Assembly (NCBI GenBank): GCA_002425185.1 | Contig: DILT01000013.1 | Span: 386,865 to 450,864, forward strand | DNA: 64,000 nt | Direction: 5' to 3' | Source: Flammeovirgaceae bacterium UBA5585 | GTDB lineage: Bacteria > Bacteroidota > Bacteroidia > Cytophagales > Cyclobacteriaceae | Shown: positions 56,491-64,000 of the stretch, piece after piece | Layout of the letters: the number at the start of each line of letters is the position of its first letter | Position numbering within the stretch: the first letter of the stretch is position 1 | Translations under genes and position numbers: made by a program | Notes under the pieces: model-generated | What the model was told of the DNA's origin: nothing | Seen by the model: the letters and a program-made list of their open reading frames with translations, nothing else | Databases searched by the model: none

Positions 56491-56925
56491 TTATGGATGC
56501 CGGTAAAACGTCTTGCTCACAATTCGCCAGCCTTCTGAGAATTTATATAAGGCCAGGTAATCGGTGAAAATCAGTTTGCCTTCTTTGTGTAGTTCCAGCT
56601 TAACCGTAGCGGCACTGCCCACAACGTCTACCGCTAAAATTTTTCCTTCTGTACGAACAAGATTACCGGCATTTTCTTTTCTCCGGGTTTCAATCGCTTT
56701 AATCCAGTCTTCCAATGATAGTGGCTTTACATCATTTTCCAATAGCCGCAGCATGGTAAAACTGGGGTGAAAACCTTTTCGGATATCGTCAATACTTCCT
56801 GTGTTTTGAGTGCCTTCAATATAAGCGGCAGTAACAACTTTTTTAATCGCCTCCACGTCTGACTGGGCGTGGCCAAGGAATACGATTAAGGCAAGTATAA
56901 GAACCAAAATTTTTTTCATCATCAA
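56491..56925 (-). CDS. secreted NTF2-like (SnoaL / putative lumazine-binding) protein
   Basis: 144 aa. The signal peptide ends GHA-Q. The cone-fold pattern reads VTAAYIEG...DYLALYKFSEGWRIVSK. Confidence 0.5.
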   Translation of the reverse strand: MMMKKILVLILALIVFLGHAQSDVEAIKKVVTAAYIEGTQNTGSIDDIRKGFHPSFTMLRLLENDVKPLSLEDWIKAIETRRKENAGNLVRTEGKILAVDVVGSAATVKLELHKEGKLIFTDYLALYKFSEGWRIVSKTFYRHP

Positions 56926-56928
56926 AAT

Positions 56929-57372
56929 TTAATATCCCTTCTCCTGCATTTTTTTCATCACTTTGGCCGCAACAGCCTGGCCCCAAACCTGGCCCGCTTG
57001 CATTGATTCCTGTGTAATTACAGGTGTTTTTTGTGCCAGCTTTTTACCTGAGGGAGTTTCGTAGAACTTTACAATGTCTTTCAAGTCGGCCTCTGTAAGA
57101 TGTGCCTTGTATACGGGCACCATCATCTTCACCAGATCATCAATAGAAGTGCTCAACATTTCCTTCTCCATTTCTTTCCAAAACTCATCAGGTACCTGAT
57201 TGTTCATGGTTTTGAAATTGGTCATCATGGAGGTAATAGCGCCTTTAAAAGCCTCGGCTGATCCGCTTGCCTCAAAGTATTTTTTGACAAGCGCAGTGTA
57301 ACTGTCTTGTGCAGTGGCTGAAGAAATTAGTAAAACCGATAATAAAGCCGGGAGGATAATTTTCTTTTTCAT
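56929..57372 (-). CDS. secreted DUF2059-like protein
   Basis: 147 aa. The signal peptide ends ATA-Q. Motif AHLTEADLKDIVKFYETPSGKKL is present. Confidence 0.55.
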   Translation of the reverse strand: MKKKIILPALLSVLLISSATAQDSYTALVKKYFEASGSAEAFKGAITSMMTNFKTMNNQVPDEFWKEMEKEMLSTSIDDLVKMMVPVYKAHLTEADLKDIVKFYETPSGKKLAQKTPVITQESMQAGQVWGQAVAAKVMKKMQEKGY

Positions 57373-57384
57373 AGTTATGACGAA

Positions 57385-57999
57385 TTAAAATTTTACCTGA
57401 GGTGCTTTATCGGCACCTTCCGATGCTTCGAATCCTTTCCGTACACTAAAGTCCTCACCACCACCAAATATGCCCAGTGCAAAGCGTTTGAAGAAACCCC
57501 GCACATAGGTGTTGTACGCACGTATGCTTTCGTTATAACGTTGCCGGGCTACATTAATCCGGTTTTCAGTGCCTTCCAATTGTGCCTGCAGATCCAGAAA
57601 ATTCTGGTTGGCTTTCAGGTCAGGATAACGCTCCACCACAACCATCAACCGCGACAAGGCAGAGCTTAGTCCATCCTGCGCCTGCTGAAACTGGGCAAAT
57701 TGCTGGGGGGTAACTTTAGACGGATCGATGGTAACCGCAGTGGCTTTAGATCGGGCTTCAATTACACCAGTAAGGGTTTCCTGCTCAAAATTAGCGTACC
57801 CTTTTACGGTTTCCACCAGGTTGGGTATCAGGTCCATTCGTCTTTGATAGGTGGATTGCACGTTTGCCCATTCCGCATTAACATCTTCCTGCAGTTTAAC
57901 GGCATTATCGTAAACCCCGGCACCCCACATTACAAAACCACCAACTAAAACGATGAGTAACCCGAGAACAACCAAAACACCGATTAAAATCTTATTCAT
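57385..57999 (-). CDS. lemA: LemA family protein
   Basis: 204 aa with an N-terminal TM helix and the motif WANVQSTYQRRMDLIPNLV. Confidence 0.88.
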   Translation of the reverse strand: MNKILIGVLVVLGLLIVLVGGFVMWGAGVYDNAVKLQEDVNAEWANVQSTYQRRMDLIPNLVETVKGYANFEQETLTGVIEARSKATAVTIDPSKVTPQQFAQFQQAQDGLSSALSRLMVVVERYPDLKANQNFLDLQAQLEGTENRINVARQRYNESIRAYNTYVRGFFKRFALGIFGGGEDFSVRKGFEASEGADKAPQVKF

Positions 58000-58100
58000 A
58001 GTATTGTGAATTAATAAAATTCAAGTTAGGAATTTTTCTGTGGATAAAAGTCCTGGAGCGGACTATGAAAACTTTATCTTTTTATGTGAGTTTATCCAGT

Positions 58101-58658
58101 ATGACAATGACGTTGCGTTATGCCGGGGTTTTACTGGCACTCCTTATAAGTTGTAAAATCGATCGGGAGAAAACCATCGACAGAAGCCGGTTTTCCTTTA
58201 AAATCACAGCAGATTCACATCTTTTTTTCAAAAATGTAAGGCAGGTGTATTATGATTTTACCGATTTACAGGAAGCCGGTTGGCATGCCTACCGGTTAAG
58301 TAACCGGTACCAGAGTAATAATTACCCGGTTATAAACACAACCATTGTAATTGATTGGCGGAAGGATGAAGCCTACCTATTGGTAGAAGGTAATTCGTTT
58401 TTGGACGAATTACCGGAGTTAGTAATACAGGAAAAAAATCCGGTAACCGGTATCACATATTCTTACCAATTAACTGAACGTGGAAAAGAAAATATGCTGG
58501 AGTTTGCCACCAAAATTTATGAAGGTATTATGGCTGAGAATGAATTTGCCATTTTAATCAAAGGTGATTTGATTCCCTTCTTTCAGGAAGATAGTGATCG
58601 TGAAAATTTCAGAATAGTAATGGCCGATTACTACCGGCTTACCCGCATCATCCGATAA
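58101..58658 (+). CDS. hypothetical lipoprotein
   Basis: I prefer the ATG at 58101 or 58107, which gives a lipobox (AGVLLALLISCK). No family recognised. Confidence 0.4.
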   Translation: MTMTLRYAGVLLALLISCKIDREKTIDRSRFSFKITADSHLFFKNVRQVYYDFTDLQEAGWHAYRLSNRYQSNNYPVINTTIVIDWRKDEAYLLVEGNSFLDELPELVIQEKNPVTGITYSYQLTERGKENMLEFATKIYEGIMAENEFAILIKGDLIPFFQEDSDRENFRIVMADYYRLTRIIR

Positions 58659-58698
58659 TTTTACAGGGCATTAGCTGCTAATTGAAAGTTGTTACCTG

Positions 58699-59772
58699 TT
58701 ATTGTGTTGCCCCTTCCGCCATTTTTTCTGCGCTATCGGCAATGCGAAGCTGTTCAATAAAATTATCGATGTCGCCATTCATCACAGCCGGAAGATTATG
58801 CTGTGTGTAGCCGATGCGGTGGTCGGTAACACGGCTTTGCGGGTAGTTATACGTTCTGATCTTTTCTGAGCGGTCACCACTACGCACCAATGATTTTCGG
58901 GCAGCCCCGATTTCATTTTGCTGTTTGGTTACTTCCATTTCGTACAACTTGGCTTTTAACATTTGCAGCGCACGTTCGCGGTTGCCGTGCTGTGAACGTT
59001 CTACCTGGCAGGTTATAACAATGCCGGTGGGCTTGTGGGTCATCTGTACCTTGGTTTCTACCTTGTTTACGTTTTGCCCGCCAGCGCCACTCGACCGTGC
59101 GGTCTGTACTTCAATATCAGCCGGGTTAATTTCTATGCTCACATCCTCAACTTCCGGAAGCACAACCACCGAAGCGGCTGAGGTATGTACGCGCCCCTGT
59201 TGCTCGGTGGCCGGCACACGCTGCACACGGTGTACGCCCGATTCAAATTTTAATTTACCGTATGCATTATCTCCGCTAACACTGCATACAATTTCTTTAT
59301 AGCCACCGGCAGTGCCTTCCGTAAAATCTACAGTACTCATTTTAAGTCCTACCCGGTCGCAATAGCGCTGGTACATGCGCCACAAATCACCGGCAAAAAT
59401 CGAGGCTTCGTCACCACCGGTGCCTGCGCGTATTTCCAGAATGCAACTTTTATCATCATTCGGATCCTTAGGTATCAGTAACTCTTTCAACTCATTTTCC
59501 AGGGCCTCAACTTTGGGTTCAAGTTCATCAATTTCCAGCTTGGCCATTTCCCGCATTTCAGGATCTTTTTCCTTTTGCAGCATTTCCTTGGCGTGCTTAT
59601 GCTGGCTTTGCGCCAGCAAAAAGCTGTTATACCTGGATACAATTTTTTCCAGGTCGCCATACTCCTTGCTGAGTTGTGAGTATTTTTTGGGGTTACTCAC
59701 GGTGTCAGGTTGTATCAGCAACTGGCCGATTTCCTCAAAACGGTGCTTTATTTCTTCTAATTTCTCAATCAT
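58699..59772 (-). CDS. prfA: peptide chain release factor 1
   Basis: 357 aa with the RF1 tripeptide context ([14 protein letters not shown]) and the GGQ motif ([10 protein letters not shown]). Confidence 0.95.
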   Translation of the reverse strand: MIEKLEEIKHRFEEIGQLLIQPDTVSNPKKYSQLSKEYGDLEKIVSRYNSFLLAQSQHKHAKEMLQKEKDPEMREMAKLEIDELEPKVEALENELKELLIPKDPNDDKSCILEIRAGTGGDEASIFAGDLWRMYQRYCDRVGLKMSTVDFTEGTAGGYKEIVCSVSGDNAYGKLKFESGVHRVQRVPATEQQGRVHTSAASVVVLPEVEDVSIEINPADIEVQTARSSGAGGQNVNKVETKVQMTHKPTGIVITCQVERSQHGNRERALQMLKAKLYEMEVTKQQNEIGAARKSLVRSGDRSEKIRTYNYPQSRVTDHRIGYTQHNLPAVMNGDIDNFIEQLRIADSAEKMAEGATQ

Positions 59773-59846
59773 ACCTTACAAAACGGCCGTAAAGTTAGTA
59801 AAACGCTGCATTCGCAAGATTTGAAGTTGAACATTACCTTTGGGCC

Positions 59847-60323
59847 ATGCGATTGATTTACCTGTACCCGGTTACGCTGCTGGTTATTACTGGCTGTGGC
59901 GGTTCACTCAATGACGAACAACGCAAACAAATGCGTGAAGCCCGTGAGCTAAACAGTATTAAAAAAGTAAGCGAAGTTGAAATTACAGAAGCAGCCTTTG
60001 TGCTGGGCAGAGAAATTCTGGGCTTAGTAGAATCAGGACTTGATAAGGATTCGATTGAAATAAGCCGTAAGGTTGACATCCGGTGGCTGGAGGCTGGTTC
60101 AACCGAAGGAACCGAAATTGAACGACAGGTTATTGATGCCTATTTAACAAGTATGATGATGGGCACGGAGTTGGCCGATAATGTTCAGCGCTTGGGTACC
60201 GATTCATTACTATATACCAAACCCGTGGTCGTTAATTTGCCCGAGGGGGCCGTTGAAGTGAAGGGCACCTGGAATATCCGCCTGTCAAAAAAGCAAATCG
60301 TGTTAGGGATTGGGAAGAAGTAG
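59847..60323 (+). CDS. hypothetical lipoprotein
   Basis: 158 aa with a lipobox (LLVITGCGG). No family recognised. Confidence 0.4.
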   Translation: MRLIYLYPVTLLVITGCGGSLNDEQRKQMREARELNSIKKVSEVEITEAAFVLGREILGLVESGLDKDSIEISRKVDIRWLEAGSTEGTEIERQVIDAYLTSMMMGTELADNVQRLGTDSLLYTKPVVVNLPEGAVEVKGTWNIRLSKKQIVLGIGKK

Positions 60324-60325
60324 CC

Positions 60326-60856
60326 TCACTTGATTTTTTTGAACACCTGCTCCTTAAAGTGCCCTTTATGAATGAGTTGAATGAGCTTTTTCGGGGACGG
60401 ATCAATCAGGTAAAAAGTTTTTCCATCAACCTCTGTTTCTACAATTGTGATGTCTTGCGAAAGCTGATCCCTGAATTTTTTTCCCTCCTGTTCATCCGAG
60501 ACTTCCGGCATGGCCATGTAGAGCAGGTCTCCATTTTTTTGTGGTTTCACTACACGCAGGTACCACGAAAAATCATTGCGCATGTTAATGAAGTAATAGC
60601 CTTTATAATACTTCATCACCAAACTATCGCTAAGTATGGCTAGCTCATCTTTGCCAAGCCTGTACCCGGTTGGCATAATCACCAATGTATCCGTCAATTC
60701 ACCATCTTCCATAATCAGGTAGCGCCCTTGCAGTTTAGCAGGCACCTGCGAAAGACCTTTAACACCTTTCGGCTGGGGCTCCTTGTATGAGATTTCAGCG
60801 CAGGAGGCCAGGTACAGGATGCTGAGCAGGCTGAGACCTGTGAAGATGTATTTCAT
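60326..60856 (-). CDS. hypothetical lipoprotein
   Basis: I prefer the ATG at 60856 (MKYIFTGLSLLSILYLASC lipobox). The track ORF extends to 61048 and would overlap the divergent gene. Confidence 0.45.
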   Translation of the reverse strand: MKYIFTGLSLLSILYLASCAEISYKEPQPKGVKGLSQVPAKLQGRYLIMEDGELTDTLVIMPTGYRLGKDELAILSDSLVMKYYKGYYFINMRNDFSWYLRVVKPQKNGDLLYMAMPEVSDEQEGKKFRDQLSQDITIVETEVDGKTFYLIDPSPKKLIQLIHKGHFKEQVFKKIK

Positions 60857-60974
60857 ATTATGAAGATAGGTATTATGCATGCATTTCGAAACAAACACGT
60901 TAACAATACTGCACGTAATACAACCCTTTTGCAAAGGGCTGTGTCTATACCAACCAGAAGAGTATTTTTGTACA

Positions 60975-61676
60975 ATGAAGGGATTAATTTGGTTGTTTGC
61001 GGGGCTAATCGTATGGATGACAGGATGTGAATTGAATAGTGATAACATCCGCGTATTTGCTTATTCGTTTGATTTTACAACAGCGTCCCACGGCTGGGAT
61101 GGCGATTTTGCTGATTATCCCGAAGGCGACTCGATTTTCTATGAGTTAAAGTTTAAGTATGACACCTTGCCGCGTACCAACGGAAACCGCAAGGCATTGT
61201 TGATGTCAGGAAAAAATCATAGCGATGATTTATTTATGTTCATCCGTAAAAAGCTATCCGGATTGAAACCGAATACCGAATACCGGGTGCTGTTTAATGT
61301 GAGGATTTCTTCCAATGTACCAACCGGTAATGTTGGTGTAGGAGGCGCACCGGGCGAAAGTGTTTTTGTAAAAGCCGGAGCAGTAATTGCGAAACCTGAA
61401 AAAGTTTTGGTTGATGGTTTTTATAGTATGAATGCAGACATTGGCAGTCAATCGCAAGCCGGGGCTGATGTGTTGGTGATTGGAAATATTGGTGTGGCGC
61501 CCACCACCACACAGTTCACAGAAGTTTACCGGAATAACAATTCAGCAAATCCATTTCGTGTTACCACGGATAGCCAGGGAGAGGTGTGGATACTCATTGG
61601 AACTGATTCCGGATTTGAAGGAACCACAACGTTGTACTACACCAGTATTGATATCCTCTTTAACCAGGCCGACTAG
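60975..61676 (+). CDS. hypothetical lipoprotein
   Basis: I prefer the ATG at 60975 (MKGLIWLFAGLIVWMTGC lipobox). The mature part looks beta-rich. No family recognised. Confidence 0.45.
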   Translation: MKGLIWLFAGLIVWMTGCELNSDNIRVFAYSFDFTTASHGWDGDFADYPEGDSIFYELKFKYDTLPRTNGNRKALLMSGKNHSDDLFMFIRKKLSGLKPNTEYRVLFNVRISSNVPTGNVGVGGAPGESVFVKAGAVIAKPEKVLVDGFYSMNADIGSQSQAGADVLVIGNIGVAPTTTQFTEVYRNNNSANPFRVTTDSQGEVWILIGTDSGFEGTTTLYYTSIDILFNQAD

Positions 61677-61730
61677 TGTTGAAACAATCAGCTTCACTTG
61701 TCAGCCTTAGCCTGTTCAAGGTTCTTTAGT

Positions 61731-62105
61731 TTACTTACCCTTTCGCTTTTTTGCTTTCGGTATTTTACCGATTCGCTTATCGCCTTTGAGGATGAGCGCA
61801 CATGCTTTTAAAACATGCTCTTCAAAGTCATCAGCATCTGCAGGAATGTTTTGCCAAGCGGTTTCTGCAGTCCCAAATAGTTGAATGGATCGCATGCTGG
61901 GAAAATCGCGCTTTAAGCTGGCGTGGTGTTCATGTGTTGTTGCCAGCCATACTCCATTGTCGTGCTTATGCTCTTCTTTATTTCGCGTAATCAACACAAT
62001 TTTTTCACGTTGATAGATAGCGTGACAACCAAACATGGGTTTAACCGTTGGATGAATGGAGAAAAGCTCATCCAATACAAAAGAAAAGGCTATTGACTTT
62101 TTCAT
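61731..62105 (-). CDS. hypothetical protein (weak TfoX N-terminal-like resemblance)
   Basis: 124 aa. The segment VKPMFGCHAIYQREKIVLI loosely resembles the TfoX_N core, and the tail is basic (KAKKRKGK). The family call is weak. Confidence 0.35.
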   Translation of the reverse strand: MKKSIAFSFVLDELFSIHPTVKPMFGCHAIYQREKIVLITRNKEEHKHDNGVWLATTHEHHASLKRDFPSMRSIQLFGTAETAWQNIPADADDFEEHVLKACALILKGDKRIGKIPKAKKRKGK

Positions 62106-62155
62106 GTTTACAAAGTTGCTGCATAAACCGAATAATTGCTCATTCTATTTTATTG

Positions 62156-62163
62156 TATCTTTG
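62156..62163 (+). promoter_or_regulatory. Bacteroidota -7 box (TAtcTTTG)
   Basis: tatctttg lies 42 nt upstream of the ATG at 62206. Confidence 0.4.
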
Positions 62164-62205
62164 AACGGGTTCACGCTCTTTAAAGTATAGACAAACCATA
62201 AGCTG

Positions 62206-63003
62206 ATGAAAAGCAAAATTTTAACAACAGCATTAATTCTGGTGTGTGTTTTATCCACCGGGTATGCACAAGGCGTGGTAGGCAAGCTCAAGCAAAAGGC
62301 TGATCAGGCTGCCGATCGTGCTATTGAAAGAAAGATTAACGAAAAAGTTGGCGGAAATCCTTCGGGAACCAATCAACCTGGGGGAACACTACCGGGAAGT
62401 GGCCCGGGTGGCAGTGGAAATCCGTCCAATACCAGTGGAGGCGGCCTTGTAGTTACCCCGCCTGACGTAAAAGAGAATATGGCCGAAGCGGAAAGTTCTT
62501 TTAAGGCCGGCCGTTATTCCGAGGCTCGCTATTCCTTAAAGCAAGCCATGCTGGGTGTGGAAATGGAAATCGGTAACAAAGTTTTAAAGTCGTTGCCGGA
62601 AAGCGTGGTAGGGTTGAGTAAAAAAGCCGATGCCGACCAGGTCACCAGTATGGGTTATGGCTGGGTAGGACTCACCATTCATCGTGCGTACGCATCGGGT
62701 AACAAGCAGTTAAATGTTACCATTGCCAATAATTCAGCCTGGATTTCAGCGGCTAATATGTATTTGAGCAATACCAATTATGCCACTACAGGTGGCGAAC
62801 AAAACTGGAAGCAAACGAAAGTGAAAGGTTATCGCGGCATTATTGAGTATAGTCAAAGTTCAGGGTATAAGTTAAGTGTGCCGATAGGGCAGTCATCTAT
62901 TATTGTTTGGGAAGGCATCAACTTTGCCAGCGAACAAGACATGATGAATGCCGCCAACGTGTTTGACCTGGATGGTATTAAAAATAAACTGGGCGAGAAA
63001 TAA
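62206..63003 (+). CDS. secreted protein of unknown function (paralogue A)
   Basis: 265 aa. The signal peptide ends GYA-Q. A G/P/S/N-rich linker precedes a domain homologous to the next gene. Confidence 0.45.
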   Translation: MKSKILTTALILVCVLSTGYAQGVVGKLKQKADQAADRAIERKINEKVGGNPSGTNQPGGTLPGSGPGGSGNPSNTSGGGLVVTPPDVKENMAEAESSFKAGRYSEARYSLKQAMLGVEMEIGNKVLKSLPESVVGLSKKADADQVTSMGYGWVGLTIHRAYASGNKQLNVTIANNSAWISAANMYLSNTNYATTGGEQNWKQTKVKGYRGIIEYSQSSGYKLSVPIGQSSIIVWEGINFASEQDMMNAANVFDLDGIKNKLGEK

Positions 63004-63021
63004 TTTTAAAAGCGAACAACT

Positions 63022-63636
63022 ATGAAAAATATATTCTTATCCCTTGTAACCATAGGCTTGTGCATCACCATGATGGCCGAAGCTCAGGAGTTTGACAAGA
63101 GCCTGGCCAGCGCCAAAGCATCGTATAATTCAGGTAACCTTGAAGACGCGCGATTCAATCTGGAAAACGCCTTGCGTGAAATTGATGCAGCTATTGGCCG
63201 TGAAATATTGAAAGTACTGCCCCCTACATTAGGCGGAATGAACAGTGATGCCAAAAATGATCAGGTTACCGGCATGTCGGGCGGCCTGGTGGGCGGCTTA
63301 TATGTGCACCGCGTTTACGGTAACACAGAAACGAAAAGCGCTACGATTGACATCATCAGCGATTCACCGTTAATGGCCGGCATCAATGCCATATTAGCGA
63401 TGCCTATGATAATGAACTCAGGCGACAGCAATCAAAAGGTGGTGAAGGTGCAGGGCTACAAATCACTGCTTACCCGCGAAGCCAATGAGAACAATCAAAC
63501 CACGGGCTACCAGGTGCAAACACCGTTTGGCAATTCCATGCTTACGTTGGATTACAACGGCAATATTTCTGAAGCAGAAGTATTAAAACTGGCAAACATG
63601 TTACCCCTGGAGAAGATCATTAAGCTGGCGCAGTAG
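63022..63636 (+). CDS. secreted protein of unknown function (paralogue B)
   Basis: 204 aa. The signal peptide ends AEA-Q. It aligns by eye with 62206..63003 (IGxxxLKxLP, DQVTxM, VKxxGYxxxx). Confidence 0.45.
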   Translation: MKNIFLSLVTIGLCITMMAEAQEFDKSLASAKASYNSGNLEDARFNLENALREIDAAIGREILKVLPPTLGGMNSDAKNDQVTGMSGGLVGGLYVHRVYGNTETKSATIDIISDSPLMAGINAILAMPMIMNSGDSNQKVVKVQGYKSLLTREANENNQTTGYQVQTPFGNSMLTLDYNGNISEAEVLKLANMLPLEKIIKLAQ

Positions 63637-63659
63637 ATCTTATCAAGCGCTTAATGTAA

Positions 63660-63696
63660 GGAGACTGTATGTAGTATGCAGTCTCTTTTATTTTTC
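63660..63696 (+). terminator. rho-independent terminator after the secreted-paralogue pair
   Basis: GAGACTG / CAGTCTC forms a 7-bp stem with an 11-nt loop, followed by TTTTATTTTT. Confidence 0.65.
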
Positions 63697-63714
63697 AGAA
63701 CCTCAGGAGAGGTG

Positions 63715-64000
63715 TTATTTAATAATCAATTTCCGAATAGTTTTTCCAACACGATTTTTAATTTCAACCAGGTAAAAACCAGAAGACAGGTTTTCCAGAT
63801 TGAGGGTGACTTGTGTATCCGTAGTTGTAACGGATTCAATTTTTTGCGTCATAGCGTTTATAATACTGATGCTCGTGGTTTGGAAGTAAAGTGTAGGAAA
63901 TGAAATGTGAACTTCATTTGTTGTGGGATTTGGATAGATAACAACTTCGGTATCAAATAATTCTTTCAAGCTAACCACTACATTTTCGGCATAGGCATAA
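63715..64000 (-). CDS. T9SS C-terminal sorting domain of a larger secreted protein (partial, continues past window end)
   Basis: The motif VVIYPNPTTNEVHISF...LSSGFYLVEIKNRVGKTIRKLIIK is typical of the Por/T9SS type A sorting domain. The frame stays open upstream to nt 64000. Confidence 0.6.
   Translation of the reverse strand, partial: YAYAENVVVSLKELFDTEVVIYPNPTTNEVHISFPTLYFQTTSISIINAMTQKIESVTTTDTQVTLNLENLSSGFYLVEIKNRVGKTIRKLIIK

Noticed and set aside
1-64000. Search for rRNA, tRNA, CRISPR arrays, IS elements or transposases, phage genes and known defence systems
   Set aside because: I found no T-loop-like GGTTCGAATCC-type motifs in intergenic DNA. No intergenic region is longer than about 165 nt. 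There are no regularly spaced direct repeats and no transposase, integrase-with-att or phage structural ORFs. Apart from the single TA pair, nothing resembles a defence island.

Overview
This window reads as a chromosomal core segment of a Bacteroidota genome (Cytophagia/Flavobacteriia type). Three things support that: T9SS C-terminal sorting domains, a recurring TAnnTTTG -7 promoter box with no Shine-Dalgarno sequences, and the conserved block pdxJ / nadK / uppS-bamA-ompH-ompH. I call about 70 CDS, nearly all housekeeping. They cover translation (rimP-nusA-infB, prfA, rpsU, hpf, rbfA), envelope biogenesis (bamA, skp-like genes, uppS, lolE-like, a lipid A acyltransferase, rfbAB, ugd), cofactor and central metabolism (gpmI, nadC, nadK, pdxJ, glyA, metK, lysA, rpiB) and DNA repair (radA, recX, xerC). 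I see no rRNA, tRNA, CRISPR array, IS element or prophage. I did not find a convincing self-contained novel system, and I do not want to overstate that. The better leads are: (1) a DUF2281-like/PIN (VapBC-type) toxin-antitoxin pair wedged between glyA and tatC, with the toxin stop overlapping a tatC start; (2) a promoter plus strong intrinsic terminator in the rimP-nusA-infB leader; (3) a metal-themed locus (gpmI-lipoprotein-ABC exporter-Fur-like regulator, then terC with its own structured leader, facing a TerB-like/LETM1-like fusion protein); (4) an orphan SNF2 helicase with an uncharacterised N-terminal region of about 520 aa and a 10-bp inverted repeat covering its translation start region; (5) a YHS/DinB-like/membrane-anchored ATP-grasp trio; (6) a tandem pair of secreted paralogues and a cluster of small lipoprotein genes around prfA. 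All family assignments come from motifs I recognised by eye in the translations. None has been checked by HMM or BLAST.
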